Below, in pieces: positions 9,120 through 19,299 of a DNA stretch of 64,000 bases (the stretch's first letter is position 1; each line of letters begins with the position of its first letter). A program made the translations under genes and the position numbers. Source of the stretch: Polyangiales bacterium (lineage in GTDB: Bacteria; Myxococcota_A; Polyangia; Polyangiales; Houyiibacteriaceae); contig JBGCFM010000001.1 of the NCBI GenBank assembly GCA_045106895.1, positions 1 through 64,000 of the forward strand, in the 5' to 3' direction. The notes beneath the pieces were generated by a model. The model was given only the letters and a program-made list of their open reading frames with translations, was not told where the DNA came from and did not search any database.

Positions 9120-10325
9120 CTACGCTTCAGCGCTCACCTGAGTGCTGAGGACGCGGATCTCACCGTGGAGGGTCCTGTGCACCGGGCACCTGTCCGCGAT
9201 TTCCATGAGACGCTCCTGCTGTTTCTCGTCGAGCTCGCCTTCCAAGAGCACTTCACGACGAATGACGCCCACGTGCCCGGTTTGGGACTCACACTCTTCG
9301 CAGTCCTCCGCCTTCACGCGCTCAAACGTCAGCGCCACACGAACATTCTCAAGCGCCCACTTCTTGCGCTCTGCGTAGAGACGTAGCGTCATGGCCGTGC
9401 AAGCCCCAAGGGAGGCCAGGAGGAAATCGTAAGGGGCTGGCCCTTCGTCGGTTCCGCCCGCGGAGGTCGGCTCATCGGCAATGAACGAATGAACGCCGGC
9501 ACGCACGGTGTGCCGAAGCCCTTCGTCCGATTCAACAACGACGCCGTCGTCTAGCGTAACATCGGCGAGCGGCTCCAGGTAGCGTTCGGCCCACGCCGCG
9601 ATGATGCCTGCGACATAGTCGCCGTCTTCTCGCCGCGACAGCAGATGGTCGGCGCCGTCCAACGACACGAAGCTCTTTGGGTGACGCGCCGCTTCGTAAA
9701 TTCTCTGCGCGTTTTCAATGCCCACAATGGAATCCGTCGGTGAGTGCATGACGAGGAGCGACGCCCCAAGGGCGCCGATGGCCTTTGACGAGCATTGGGA
9801 CGAAAGGTCTTCGATGAAGGCCGAGGTCACCTGAAATGGTCGACCGCCCAAGGAAACGGTGGCTTCGCCCCGCTCTCGGATCTCTGACAGATCTTCGCTG
9901 AACAGATGCTGAACGTGCGCGGGGTCCGCAGGTGCTGCGAGCGTCGCGACAGCCCTCAAGGAGTCGATTCGTCCCGCCGCCGCCAAGGCCGCTGCGCCAC
10001 CTAGGCTGTGCCCGATCAAGATAGATGGGGCCATGTCGCCTTGCGCCATAAACTCGGCTGCCTTGACGAGGTCCGCGACGTCGCTGCTGAACGTGGTCTC
10101 CGCAAACTCGCCATCGCTCTGGCCAAGTCCAGCGAAATCGAAGCTGAGTGTGGCGACACCGTGAGATGCCAGGGCTTCGGTGATTCGGCGCACGGCGCGC
10201 AGGTCTTTGCTGCATGTGAAGCAGTGAGCGAAGAGCGCATACGCGCGAGTTGTGCGAGCGGGCCGCGTCATGCGAGCCGACAGGTTTGTGCCCGACGCGC
10301 TGCTAAACTCCAGGATTTCGTTCAT
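9120..10325 (-). CDS. Bifunctional alpha/beta hydrolase / OsmC family protein
   Basis: FAHCFTCSKD, GHSLGG, HPKSFVSLDGADHLL; OsmC domain DEP..GG.D.GP.P, LGACTAMT, IADRCPVHRTL. Confidence 0.93.
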   Translation of the reverse strand: MNEILEFSSASGTNLSARMTRPARTTRAYALFAHCFTCSKDLRAVRRITEALASHGVATLSFDFAGLGQSDGEFAETTFSSDVADLVKAAEFMAQGDMAPSILIGHSLGGAAALAAAGRIDSLRAVATLAAPADPAHVQHLFSEDLSEIRERGEATVSLGGRPFQVTSAFIEDLSSQCSSKAIGALGASLLVMHSPTDSIVGIENAQRIYEAARHPKSFVSLDGADHLLSRREDGDYVAGIIAAWAERYLEPLADVTLDDGVVVESDEGLRHTVRAGVHSFIADEPTSAGGTDEGPAPYDFLLASLGACTAMTLRLYAERKKWALENVRVALTFERVKAEDCEECESQTGHVGVIRREVLLEGELDEKQQERLMEIADRCPVHRTLHGEIRVLSTQVSAEA

Positions 10326-10361
10326 GGTCGGACGTGAACGCCCTGACAGGAAAAAGCAAGC

Positions 10362-12368
10362 TCACTCCCCGGAGAGAACGGCTTCGAGATTTAGGTGCAC
10401 AGGAAGCGTGCGCCTCCTATCCCTCGGGACCGTCACCCGCCGATTCATGAGCGGAGCCGCATGTTCGTCTTGGCCTGCGCCAATACGATGTCGGCCCGGT
10501 GACAAATCGACATCGACGGGAGAGCGCCCCATGAAGCGACCGTCGACCCATACAAGGCCCCAGGGAGCCACGGTCACTCGCACAGGAACGCGGGCAGCTC
10601 GTCTCTCGCTCATCGGAGTGGCGGCGGCGGCGGCGGCTTCTACAGAGGGTGCCACGGTCACGTGTTCCTCTGCGTCGGCGGCGGCGCTTGGAGGCGGACT
10701 GTGTTCGCCACCACGCGCCTCCGCTGTCCGTGCACCTAGGGACTCGGGATCTGCGGCCACTTCGACACGCGCCAGCGCGTCGGAATCTTGGTCCTCCACG
10801 CTAGGCGCGGCCGCCGTGGCCGTAACTTGCTCCGCTCGAGCGTCGTCCTGCGCAGACGGGTCTTCCGGTTGATCAGGAACCTCACGACCGACAGGCAACC
10901 CGCCGCCATATTCCACGGGAGGCTCCGCAGCGGGAGGCAGAGCCCCCTGGTCCTCACTCTCGATTCCCGGAGCGACCGCAGCAACGCTCGGCTCCGCGCT
11001 TCGACCCGCAAACATGAACGCACCACCAGCCGCGAGGAGCCCCACGAAAAAGACAGCCATGACACCACGCGAACGTCCGCCGTTCGCTTCACGCTGATGC
11101 TGCGCCGTCGCGATGGCCCTGCGCGGCTTGTCGTCTCGTGTATCTCGAAGCTCTGGCGCGAGCGCGTCACTCAGCGTGTTCGGCGCAACGTTCGGTTGCC
11201 CGCCGGCGGCGTTGTCCTGCTCAGCGTTGAGCGTCGGAAGAATCGCTCGCCCAACAAGCGTCGCAGGCTCGGTGTGGGGGGCCGACGCTGTATCGTCGCC
11301 AAACGCCTGAATCTCGCGAATCGTGGGCGCCGCACGCCCCTTTGCATGCGTGGGCGCGATGGCCGTCGAAGCGTAGGCATCCGCCGTGGGGGTTGCTCCG
11401 GGAACTGGCAGCTCGGCGGCGCCGGCGAGAACAGTGTCCGAATCTGCTCCGGCGTGCCTCTCTTCGCCGTAAGCCGACCGAATGAGCAAGGCGAAATGTT
11501 CCCGTGTGTTCGGCGGAGGGACAAAAGGAGTCAGAAGATCGATGAGTGCGGTCGCGGTGGCTACGCGCTCCTCCGGCTCAATGGCGAGGAGCGACTCGAC
11601 CACATCGGCCAGTCCCGGTGTGATGTCTGGCACAAGCTCGATGAGCTTCGGTCGATCCCCCGAGATGATGCGGCTCATGACCTCCACATCGTGCGCTCCG
11701 ACGAAGGGACGACGCCCAGCGAGCGCTTCGTACATGAGCACGCCCAACGAGAAGAGGTCCACCCGGCCGTCGATGGCGCCACCCTTCATTTGTTCGGGTG
11801 GCATGTAAGGCATCTTGCCCTTCATCACGCCCGTCGCCGTCATGGAGGTCGCAGTGCCAAGGGCCTTTGCGACCCCAAAGTCGGCGAGTTTGACCTCGCC
11901 ACGAATCGACAGAAGAACGTTCGACGGAGTCACATCCCGGTGGACGATCCCTTCGTCGTTCTCCCGAGGTTCGTGGGCGTACTCAAGGGCGTGGGCGATG
12001 TCGAAGGCGACGAGAACCACACACGCCTCCGCCAGAGCTTTGTTCAGCTGAGCGCTGAGCAAGGCGCGGAGGTCGAGGCCGTCCACGAGCTCGAGGGCCA
12101 TGTACTGAACTTCATCGACGCTCCCGTAGTCGATGGTCCCGACGATGTTCGAATGACGCAGACGGGCGGCGAGGCGTGCCTCCCGCTGAAACTGGTCACG
12201 GAAACTCTTGTCGCCGTTGAACGCCGGGAGCACCCGCTTCAGGCAGACGTGCTGCTCAATACCGCCGGCGCCCTCACGTCGGGCGACGAACGTCTCAGCC
12301 ATGCCACCAACGCCGAGACGTCGCTCCAGCAAGTACTTGCCAAAACTGCGTGGGAGAACATCCGCCAT
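10362..12368 (-). CDS. Hanks-type Ser/Thr protein kinase with TM helix and C-terminal PEGA domain
   Basis: GVGGMA, CLKRV, HRDVTPSNVLL, DFG, YMPPEQ, DLFSLG; TM VMAVFFVGLLAAGG; PEGA PWGLVWVDGRFMGRSP. Confidence 0.93.
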   Translation of the reverse strand: MADVLPRSFGKYLLERRLGVGGMAETFVARREGAGGIEQHVCLKRVLPAFNGDKSFRDQFQREARLAARLRHSNIVGTIDYGSVDEVQYMALELVDGLDLRALLSAQLNKALAEACVVLVAFDIAHALEYAHEPRENDEGIVHRDVTPSNVLLSIRGEVKLADFGVAKALGTATSMTATGVMKGKMPYMPPEQMKGGAIDGRVDLFSLGVLMYEALAGRRPFVGAHDVEVMSRIISGDRPKLIELVPDITPGLADVVESLLAIEPEERVATATALIDLLTPFVPPPNTREHFALLIRSAYGEERHAGADSDTVLAGAAELPVPGATPTADAYASTAIAPTHAKGRAAPTIREIQAFGDDTASAPHTEPATLVGRAILPTLNAEQDNAAGGQPNVAPNTLSDALAPELRDTRDDKPRRAIATAQHQREANGGRSRGVMAVFFVGLLAAGGAFMFAGRSAEPSVAAVAPGIESEDQGALPPAAEPPVEYGGGLPVGREVPDQPEDPSAQDDARAEQVTATAAAPSVEDQDSDALARVEVAADPESLGARTAEARGGEHSPPPSAAADAEEHVTVAPSVEAAAAAATPMSERRAARVPVRVTVAPWGLVWVDGRFMGRSPVDVDLSPGRHRIGAGQDEHAAPLMNRRVTVPRDRRRTLPVHLNLEAVLSGE

Positions 12369-12400
12369 CGAGATTCGGAGCCTACCACCTTGGCCGGCCA

Positions 12401-12420
12401 AGGTGGGAGAAGGTGGGAGA
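12401..12420. repeat. 10-bp direct repeat upstream of the kinase gene
   Basis: AGGTGGGAGA twice in tandem in the intergenic region; possible regulator site. Confidence 0.4.
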
Positions 12421-12442
12421 AGAGCCCTCGGCCATTCAGGCC

Positions 12443-14254
12443 TCAGTCGATGCTGTCTGCGCTGGGCCCGGTGTTACTCTGTTCGATATTTGCCGATTCG
12501 CCGAGGTTGAACTCAACACGGCGGTTTGCCGCACGGCCGTTGCGGGTTCCGTTGTCGTCGATGGGCCGGGATTCACCGAGTCCAATGCCGCGGAAACGGC
12601 CAGCCTCGAGACCCTTGCTGACCAAGTAGGTCACCACGGAATCTGCGCGACGCTGGCTCAGCTCAAGGTTGTAGGCGTCGTCTCCGCGGTCGTCGGTGTG
12701 TCCTTCGACACGAATGATCGCAATCTCTGGATGGTTCGCGACGACCATCGCGACGTTGTCCAGGAGACGGTACGAACGACGTAGGATGACGTCGCTGTTT
12801 GTTCGGAAGAAGACCTTGTCGAGGATCTCAAGTCGGCCATCTGCAATTCGGACCTGCTGCTCACGGCGGCAACCTTGGTTTTCCGGTGGGCCGGGCTCGT
12901 CCGGGCAGTTGTCGAGGTGGTCCATCACAGTGTCGCCGTCGCGGTCAGCAGGGCAACCGCGGTTCTCCACGGGCCCGTACTCGTTGGGGCACTGGTCATT
13001 CACATCGAGAACGGTGTCCTGGTCATTGTCCGGGTCGGGGCAGCCGTCGTCATCGTTGTAGTCATCGATGTCTTCGCGCTCATCCGGGCAATTGTCGATG
13101 GCGTCGGGGAAACGGTCCCCGTCGTTGTTCGGGTCCGGGCAACCATCTTCGTCTTCCCAGCCATCTCGATCCTCAGGTTCGAGAGGGCACTGGTCATTGA
13201 CGTCGAGGATGTGGTCTTGGTCGTTGTCGGGATCCGGGCAACCGTTCGTGTCTTCGAAGCCATCGATATCCTCGGGGTCATCCGGACACTCGTCTTCGGC
13301 GTCCAAGATTCCGTCGGCGTCACGGTCACCGGGTCGCGGCTGAACAGGAGCTTCGTTCGGCGCCTCTGGCGGCGATGCCCAGCCGAGGTTTAGGAGAGCC
13401 CGGATGTCTGGCGTGCCGACGCCACGCGTCATGCCGATGCCGACTCCTGCGCCCGCGGTGAATCCTGTTGAGTGGTGGAGCTTCGCGCCCAAGAGGGCTT
13501 CGTTCGATGTCTCTTCGCGCCCGAAGAACGCTTGAAAAGAAGTGGTGCCGTAAGTCTGGGCGACAAGGTCTACACGCGTTTCCCAAGGCCGGAGGTAGTC
13601 TCCGTAGAGAGCTGCCGCGAGTCCGATTCCCCAAGTGAGCTCGTCGCCCATCTGGACGCCGCCGAACTCTTGGTTCTCGCGAACACGGCCACCCAAGTTC
13701 ACGGTGATCCGAAGTGGAGCGGCGCGGATCTCAAACAGCACTTCAGGATGAAGAGACAAGAACGCGTCACCACGAAGCTGGCCGCCACCGGTGGGGAATG
13801 TTGCCGTGAGCTGAAGGGCCATGGAGAAGGAATCCGCGCGCTCACCGAAGAGGCGCACACGCGCGCCGGCGAAGAGATCCCCAAGACCCGCCCCGGTGGC
13901 CACGCCGGATTCGTCATCGCCATTCATAAGAAGATGTACGGGCGCGCCAACGTAAAGAACCAGTCGGTCCACAAGCCCAAGCGACGCCGAAAGGTGTGCG
14001 CTCAGCTGGTTCGCGACGACCCGGCCTGTTTCATTTCCGTCCTCTTCTTGGACCAAAGGGTCATTCGCGTAGTCCAGGTGAAGCTGCGCGCCGATTCGGA
14101 CGTGTCCCATGTCCGCGGGATCACTGATCGCGAAGGAGTCACCCGGCGTCGCCGCTGGGCGAAATCGGTTGAGGGCAAAGTCAGATTGAGCGGAAGCGCT
14201 CGTGCTGATCAAAAGGGAAAGGAGCGCGAGCGCAGAGGCGCGAAGCTTGGTCAT
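12443..14254 (-). CDS. OmpA family outer-membrane protein with thrombospondin type-3 repeats (TraB-like architecture)
   Basis: Signal peptide, beta-barrel region, D.D.DG..D..D.CP..PED.DG..D.DGCPD repeats, OmpA C-domain (IRVEGHTD, NLELSQRRA, NRRVEF). Confidence 0.92.
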   Translation of the reverse strand: MTKLRASALALLSLLISTSASAQSDFALNRFRPAATPGDSFAISDPADMGHVRIGAQLHLDYANDPLVQEEDGNETGRVVANQLSAHLSASLGLVDRLVLYVGAPVHLLMNGDDESGVATGAGLGDLFAGARVRLFGERADSFSMALQLTATFPTGGGQLRGDAFLSLHPEVLFEIRAAPLRITVNLGGRVRENQEFGGVQMGDELTWGIGLAAALYGDYLRPWETRVDLVAQTYGTTSFQAFFGREETSNEALLGAKLHHSTGFTAGAGVGIGMTRGVGTPDIRALLNLGWASPPEAPNEAPVQPRPGDRDADGILDAEDECPDDPEDIDGFEDTNGCPDPDNDQDHILDVNDQCPLEPEDRDGWEDEDGCPDPNNDGDRFPDAIDNCPDEREDIDDYNDDDGCPDPDNDQDTVLDVNDQCPNEYGPVENRGCPADRDGDTVMDHLDNCPDEPGPPENQGCRREQQVRIADGRLEILDKVFFRTNSDVILRRSYRLLDNVAMVVANHPEIAIIRVEGHTDDRGDDAYNLELSQRRADSVVTYLVSKGLEAGRFRGIGLGESRPIDDNGTRNGRAANRRVEFNLGESANIEQSNTGPSADSID

Positions 14255-14380
14255 GACAGTCGGTTCTTAGTCTAAGTGCGAAAATCGAAATAAGCGGGCC
14301 ATGGCCCCGGAAAGAGAAACGACGCAGCCCTCACAGGCTGCAGAACGCGAGGTCGAGTTCAGTTCGTTTCTCCGAAGTGC

Positions 14381-16360
14381 TCAGCGACGACGCCGGCGGA
14401 ACAAGAAGAGGAAGCCCACGAGCATCCAGACGGGTGCGGAGCTTGTAGCGCCGGCGGCACATCCAGCGCCACCTGCGTAGGTCGCCGATGCGCGGTCGAG
14501 GTAGTTGGGGTTGCCATCGTTGTCCGCGTCTCCGTCGCCCTCTACCTCGTCGAGGCTTCCGTCGGCATCGGAGTCGAGGTCGAGGTAGGAAGGGATGCCG
14601 TCTTCGTCGAGGTCGTCGCCGTCGCTCTCGTCTTCCGTCGCCTCTTGGCGTGTCGGAATCCCGTCATCGTCGTCGTCTGGGTCAAGGTGGTTGACCATGC
14701 CGTCGGCGTCGGTGTCTTGATCTGCGTCGTCGGGGCGCTCGTCGCGTGTGGGGATGGAGTCGCCATCATCATCCGCGTCCAAGTGATTGGGTCCGCCATC
14801 TTCGTCCGTGTCCTGGTCCATGCCACCGGGTCGTTCGTTGGTGGTGAGGATGCCGTCGCCGTCATCGTCCGTATCCAAGTGGTTGGGAACGACATCGCCG
14901 TCGGTGTCCACATCCGTGCCACTTGGACGCTCGTCCATCGTCAGGACTCCGTCGTTGTCGTCATCGGGGTCGAGGTGATTGGAGATGCCGTCGTCGTCGG
15001 AGTCCACGTCTTCGCGACTTGGGCGCTCGTTGATGGTCAAGATGCCGTCGTTGTCATCGTCGGGGTCGAAGCAGTTCGGCATGCCGTCACCGTCCGTGTC
15101 GATGAGGTCGCCGCCCGGGCACTCCTCCTCATCCAAGAGGCCGTCGCCATCGCTGTCCAGGTCACCAACAGGCGGCTCGGTGGAATCGCGGCAGGCGCCT
15201 TCCGTACAGAGCGTTCCTTCTGGGCACATCGCCTCTTCATCGATGGTTCCGTCGCAGTCCTCATCGAGGTTGTTGCAGGCCTCGCTGGCCGGCGAGATGC
15301 TGCCCGCGCACTCACTCCACGACCCCGCCACGCAGGCCTGGGTCCCGGACATGCAAACGCCTTCGTCCACACCACATGCGCGCATCTCGCCAACGCTGCA
15401 GGTACATCCTGGGTCCGTGGTTCCGTCGCAGTTGTTGTCGGTGCCGTCGCACACTTCGTCGGCGAAGGGGTTGATGTCGCCGTCAGTGTCGTCGCAGTCG
15501 AGCCACTCAGGGTTGAAGAAGCCTGGGATGTCAGGGTCCGTTCCACAGGTGGTGAACGTGTCCATGTCGGCGTCAAAGTCCTCATCGATGCGGCCATCGC
15601 AGTCGTCGTCGACGCCGTCGCACACCTCGACGCCGGTCGCTGCGGCAATACCCGAGAGCGCTGCGTTGAGGGCCACCGCATCGAGGGCGGCGAGGTAGCA
15701 GTTCGATGCACTCATTGGGTCACTGCTGGTAACATCACATCCCGCACGAGCCGTTCCGCCGAACGTTGCTGCGCGGTTGAGGGCAAGGGAGTCGACGCTG
15801 GCGCCAAAACCGACCACGTACACTGTGACGCCTTGCGCGCTCAGCTGTTCGACGGCTGTGACCACGTCAAAACGTGTGCTCGACTCGTAGGGGTCACACC
15901 ACTGCCAACCGTCCGTGATAAGGACGACGACGTTCTCGCGCGTCATGTCCTGGAGAGGTGCATAGCCCGCCGAGATTTCGAGCGTCTGGCTCATCGGCGT
16001 CCAGTTGCCGGCGGCCGGCGGAGGGGAGCCCAAACCGCCCATGATGTCCGCCGCGGTGTTGCGACCCACATCGACGACGATGCGTCCCGGCGAGCACTGA
16101 CTCGGCGTGGGGAAAACCTGCAGACCAAAGTCGAGCGTGTCCGCGTAGGTTCCGGTCATCGTGGCGATGGCCGTACGGGCGGCGCTCCACTTCGAGACGC
16201 CGGGGGACAAGTCGCCGAGCATGCTTGAGCTCTTGTCCACGACGAGGAGGACCTGGGGCCGTTCACACTGGGCCTCGGCCTTGGCAGGGAGAAATCCCGC
16301 GAAGAGAGCGAGCGCGAATGTGAAGAGGGAAGCCTTGGCAGGCAGGTTCAAAGAAGACAT
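14381..16360 (-). CDS. Cell-surface VWA protein with Cys-rich and Ca-binding repeats and MYXO-CTERM sorting signal
   Basis: Signal peptide; MIDAS DKSSSM..T..ITDG; MopE-like and D.D.DG repeats; C-terminal GGAGCAAG...WMLVGFLFLFRRRRR. Confidence 0.85.
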   Translation of the reverse strand: MSSLNLPAKASLFTFALALFAGFLPAKAEAQCERPQVLLVVDKSSSMLGDLSPGVSKWSAARTAIATMTGTYADTLDFGLQVFPTPSQCSPGRIVVDVGRNTAADIMGGLGSPPPAAGNWTPMSQTLEISAGYAPLQDMTRENVVVLITDGWQWCDPYESSTRFDVVTAVEQLSAQGVTVYVVGFGASVDSLALNRAATFGGTARAGCDVTSSDPMSASNCYLAALDAVALNAALSGIAAATGVEVCDGVDDDCDGRIDEDFDADMDTFTTCGTDPDIPGFFNPEWLDCDDTDGDINPFADEVCDGTDNNCDGTTDPGCTCSVGEMRACGVDEGVCMSGTQACVAGSWSECAGSISPASEACNNLDEDCDGTIDEEAMCPEGTLCTEGACRDSTEPPVGDLDSDGDGLLDEEECPGGDLIDTDGDGMPNCFDPDDDNDGILTINERPSREDVDSDDDGISNHLDPDDDNDGVLTMDERPSGTDVDTDGDVVPNHLDTDDDGDGILTTNERPGGMDQDTDEDGGPNHLDADDDGDSIPTRDERPDDADQDTDADGMVNHLDPDDDDDGIPTRQEATEDESDGDDLDEDGIPSYLDLDSDADGSLDEVEGDGDADNDGNPNYLDRASATYAGGAGCAAGATSSAPVWMLVGFLFLFRRRRR

Positions 16361-16428
16361 GCCGGAGCTTAGCCTGCCATTGCTACCCTATCCACAGGAG
16401 GCGGATGTTTCCGCACACTCCCCCCCAA

Positions 16429-16965
16429 TTATGGCGCGACGAAAGCGGTGTTGGGCTGACCTGGGCTGTTGCCCGTATTGGCGAACATGCCGGTGCCGTC
16501 GGGCAGTCGGCCCCAGGCGCCATCGGCGACGGTTCCCGCCGCATACTCAAGCTCCAGGATGCGCTCTCCCTGCGGCGAGAGAATGTAAAGCGCATCTCCC
16601 GTGGCGTTGCTCAGGCCCCAGGCTGCGTAGTAGCAACGCATCGGTGCGCCGGGCCCACACGCCGTTTGCTCACCAGGGCGAACGTCCATGCCGAGCTTCG
16701 CCTGGATCAGCAAGATCTCACCGGCCCCGAGAGTAGCCCCGGCGTCAAAGACGACGGCTTGGTCGGGCCTTGGAGCGCCATCAACACGGTCGACCAACCG
16801 GTAGCCACCCAGATCGATGGGGGCGTCACCGATGTTCATCAGCTCAATATAATCGCCACCCACAAGGGATATTTCGTTAAAGACGAGCCCTTCAAGGGCG
16901 ACATCGTCCGGGCCGCAGGCGAATCCAAAGGAACAGAGCGAGAGAATAAGAAGAAGTCGAACCAT
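16429..16965 (-). CDS. Lamin-tail-domain lipoprotein
   Basis: Lipobox GFAC; LVFNEI...DYIELMN.G...IDLGGY.L.D, WGLSN..GD, WGRLPDGTG, SPGQPN. Confidence 0.85.
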   Translation of the reverse strand: MVRLLLILSLCSFGFACGPDDVALEGLVFNEISLVGGDYIELMNIGDAPIDLGGYRLVDRVDGAPRPDQAVVFDAGATLGAGEILLIQAKLGMDVRPGEQTACGPGAPMRCYYAAWGLSNATGDALYILSPQGERILELEYAAGTVADGAWGRLPDGTGMFANTGNSPGQPNTAFVAP

Positions 16966-17003
16966 GCTCGAATCATAGTCGAGGTGGACGGCATGTCACG
17001 CCG

Positions 17004-18164
17004 CTAGAGGCACGCTGCTCTCTGAGCGTCCGAGAGGCGGAACCCTTGAATTCGGTCGTGCCCCTGGTCCGCAATGATCAGCAAGTCTCTGTCTTGGTCG
17101 ATGAGGAGTGTGTCCGGTGAATTGAACGTGCCCGGCGTGAAATCATCGGGAGCGGAGAGTTCCCCGAAGAACGCGAGCTCTTCGAAGGTGTCGGGGTCGA
17201 ACACTCGAACACCCGAGCTTAGCGCGTTGCCCTCGTCAACCACGTAGATGCGGCCTTCGTCGTCAAAGTCGACGCCGTTCGTCGTTCCGGTGAAGATCCC
17301 ATCCCCGAAGCGCCGGACGAAGCTCTGATCGCTGTACCGGTACACCACCACGTTGTTCGGTCCTTCGTCGCAGACGTAGATTCGGTCGCGCGCTTCGTCG
17401 ATGGCGAAGTTCTCGGGTTCCTGCACGTTTCCGTTCTGACCAAAACCGTCACCTGGCTCTCCCATACCGAAGCGGAAGAGAAAGTTGTTTTCGTTGTCGA
17501 ACACCTGAATGTCACGCCGGCCCACGTCCGTGCCGTCGCGTCCATCGTCACTCACGAAGAGGCGGTCCATCGAATCCACGCGGAGAGCTTGCAGGCGCAC
17601 GAACTCCGCGGGCCCAGGCATGTCGGGGTTCGCGGCGGGTCCGCCGAGGAAGCCAACGTTCTCGTAGAACGGGGCCGTGGGGATCGACTGGAGCATCTGA
17701 AGCCGGTCGTTGCCCTGCTCTGCGACGTAGAGCACGCCTGAAGCTAGCGCGGCAAAGCCAGAGATCGCTCGAAACTCTCCGGGTCCTGAGCCACCTGGAC
17801 CAGGTTGGGCCCCGAGGTCCGCCAAGGGCGTCAGCTGGTCGGCGTCCATCGTCGGGTCGTCGGAGTTCAAATCATAGACGTGGAGTTCTTCGTACGCCGG
17901 GTCTTCATCCCCTGCGATGAGGTGGTCCCCGAGGATAAAGATCGCGTCGGGCTTTCCGAACGCGCCGACCTCACTTCGAGCTCCCGCCTGCCCCGCCATC
18001 CAGATAGGTGTGAGCCGCGTCTGTGGGGTGCATGGCCGCACGTCTTGCCCCGGAACGTCCAGCGCGGGGACATCGGGACGACCTGCGTCCGCGGGAGAAG
18101 AATCATCTCCGCACCCAATGAGGAGTGAGGAAACCAGCGCCATTCGGACGAAGTTCACAGACAT
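17004..18164 (-). CDS. NHL-repeat beta-propeller lipoprotein
   Basis: Lipobox LLIGC; GSGPGEF, LYVAEQGNDRLQ, IYVCDEG, IIADQGHDRIQ repeats. Confidence 0.8.
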   Translation of the reverse strand: MSVNFVRMALVSSLLIGCGDDSSPADAGRPDVPALDVPGQDVRPCTPQTRLTPIWMAGQAGARSEVGAFGKPDAIFILGDHLIAGDEDPAYEELHVYDLNSDDPTMDADQLTPLADLGAQPGPGGSGPGEFRAISGFAALASGVLYVAEQGNDRLQMLQSIPTAPFYENVGFLGGPAANPDMPGPAEFVRLQALRVDSMDRLFVSDDGRDGTDVGRRDIQVFDNENNFLFRFGMGEPGDGFGQNGNVQEPENFAIDEARDRIYVCDEGPNNVVVYRYSDQSFVRRFGDGIFTGTTNGVDFDDEGRIYVVDEGNALSSGVRVFDPDTFEELAFFGELSAPDDFTPGTFNSPDTLLIDQDRDLLIIADQGHDRIQGFRLSDAQRAACL

Positions 18165-18435
18165 AGCCACGATATACACCGCAAGGCGCCTCAAACCACC
18201 CCATCACGCCGGGTTTTCGTGTTTCCCGGGAATCGTAGGCCAGCGCTGCGGATCGTGCAGCGACCCGGCGGTTTCCGCATCGCCGTGTGTCGCAGTGTGC
18301 CGAATACTCGCATTTTTCGCCGGGCATGAGTGTTGCTTGACTTTCAAGGCATATGCACGAGCCCGCCGCTTCTAGCTTTTCAAATTTCGACGTAATTCCG
18401 TTCGTTTACGTTTTGAAACGCCGGGTGCTACCGAA

Positions 18436-18463
18436 TTGACGCACAGCTGTCACAATGTACACT
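18436..18463 (+). promoter_or_regulatory. Putative sigma70 promoter of the VTC operon
   Basis: TTGACG-N16-TACACT in the AT-richer divergent intergenic region. Confidence 0.5.
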
Positions 18464-18522
18464 CCGTGGGTTCGGTCCTCGTGGCCTTGCCGCTTTCCTT
18501 CAGTGCTTTTCTCCTAGTTTTC

Positions 18523-19299
18523 ATGTCAGCCACCTCCGATATTTTCGAGCGGCTCGAGTTTAAATACTTGGTCTCCGAAAGCGACGCCGAGCGCGTTCGC
18601 CGCGCCATTGCGCCCTATTGTCGGCCGGACAAGCACAACGGACTGGCGGGTCTTGGGTACCCCATCACCAGTCTCTACTTCGACACGCCGAGCCTCCTCT
18701 TCCATCGCGCGAAGCTCCGCGGCGACGCCGACCGAATGAAGCTGCGGGCGCGCGTCTACGACGACACCGGCCCGGTGCACCTGGAGATCAAACGAAAGTG
18801 TGTGGACGTCGTCCACAAGACACGTGTCGGTGTCGCACGCGACAATTGGGAACGGGCCATCGCGGGCTACGGCGTTCCGCTCAAAGACACCCCGCAGCAG
18901 CGCGCTCATCTAGAGGCCTATGCGCACCTTTCCGCTCAAGCTGGAGTAGACCCCACCCTCCTCGTTCGTTACGAGCGCGAAGCATACGCGAGCGACGTCG
19001 ACAACTACGCCCGCGTCACCTTCGACCGAAACATCCTGGCGACGGAGTGCCGCGAGATGCGTCTCGACGCCCCTCCCGGCGCCCGTTGGCAGCGCTTGGA
19101 TGGGCCCTCGACAGAACGACTGGAGAGCTTCGCGCTGCTGGAACTCAAGGCGGAGTTGCTCATCCCGTACTGGATGGTCGCCTTGGTCAAAGAACTCTCG
19201 CTTCAGCGGAGTGGTTTCTCCAAATACTCGCGGGGAATCATCGCGACTCGTAATGCTCAGCTCGGCCTCGATGGATGGCAACGAGGGGCCTATGCCTGA
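18523..19299 (+). CDS. VTC-domain (polyphosphate polymerase domain, CYTH-like) protein
   Basis: ERLEFKYL, ITSLYFDTP, KLRARVY, LEIKRK, RYEREAY, RVTFD, LLELK, FSKY. Confidence 0.9.
   Translation: MSATSDIFERLEFKYLVSESDAERVRRAIAPYCRPDKHNGLAGLGYPITSLYFDTPSLLFHRAKLRGDADRMKLRARVYDDTGPVHLEIKRKCVDVVHKTRVGVARDNWERAIAGYGVPLKDTPQQRAHLEAYAHLSAQAGVDPTLLVRYEREAYASDVDNYARVTFDRNILATECREMRLDAPPGARWQRLDGPSTERLESFALLELKAELLIPYWMVALVKELSLQRSGFSKYSRGIIATRNAQLGLDGWQRGAYA

Noticed and set aside
18436..18460. Full Pho box
   Set aside because: Only one good half-site (CTGTCAC); the 11-bp-spaced partner is weak, so it is not listed as a feature.
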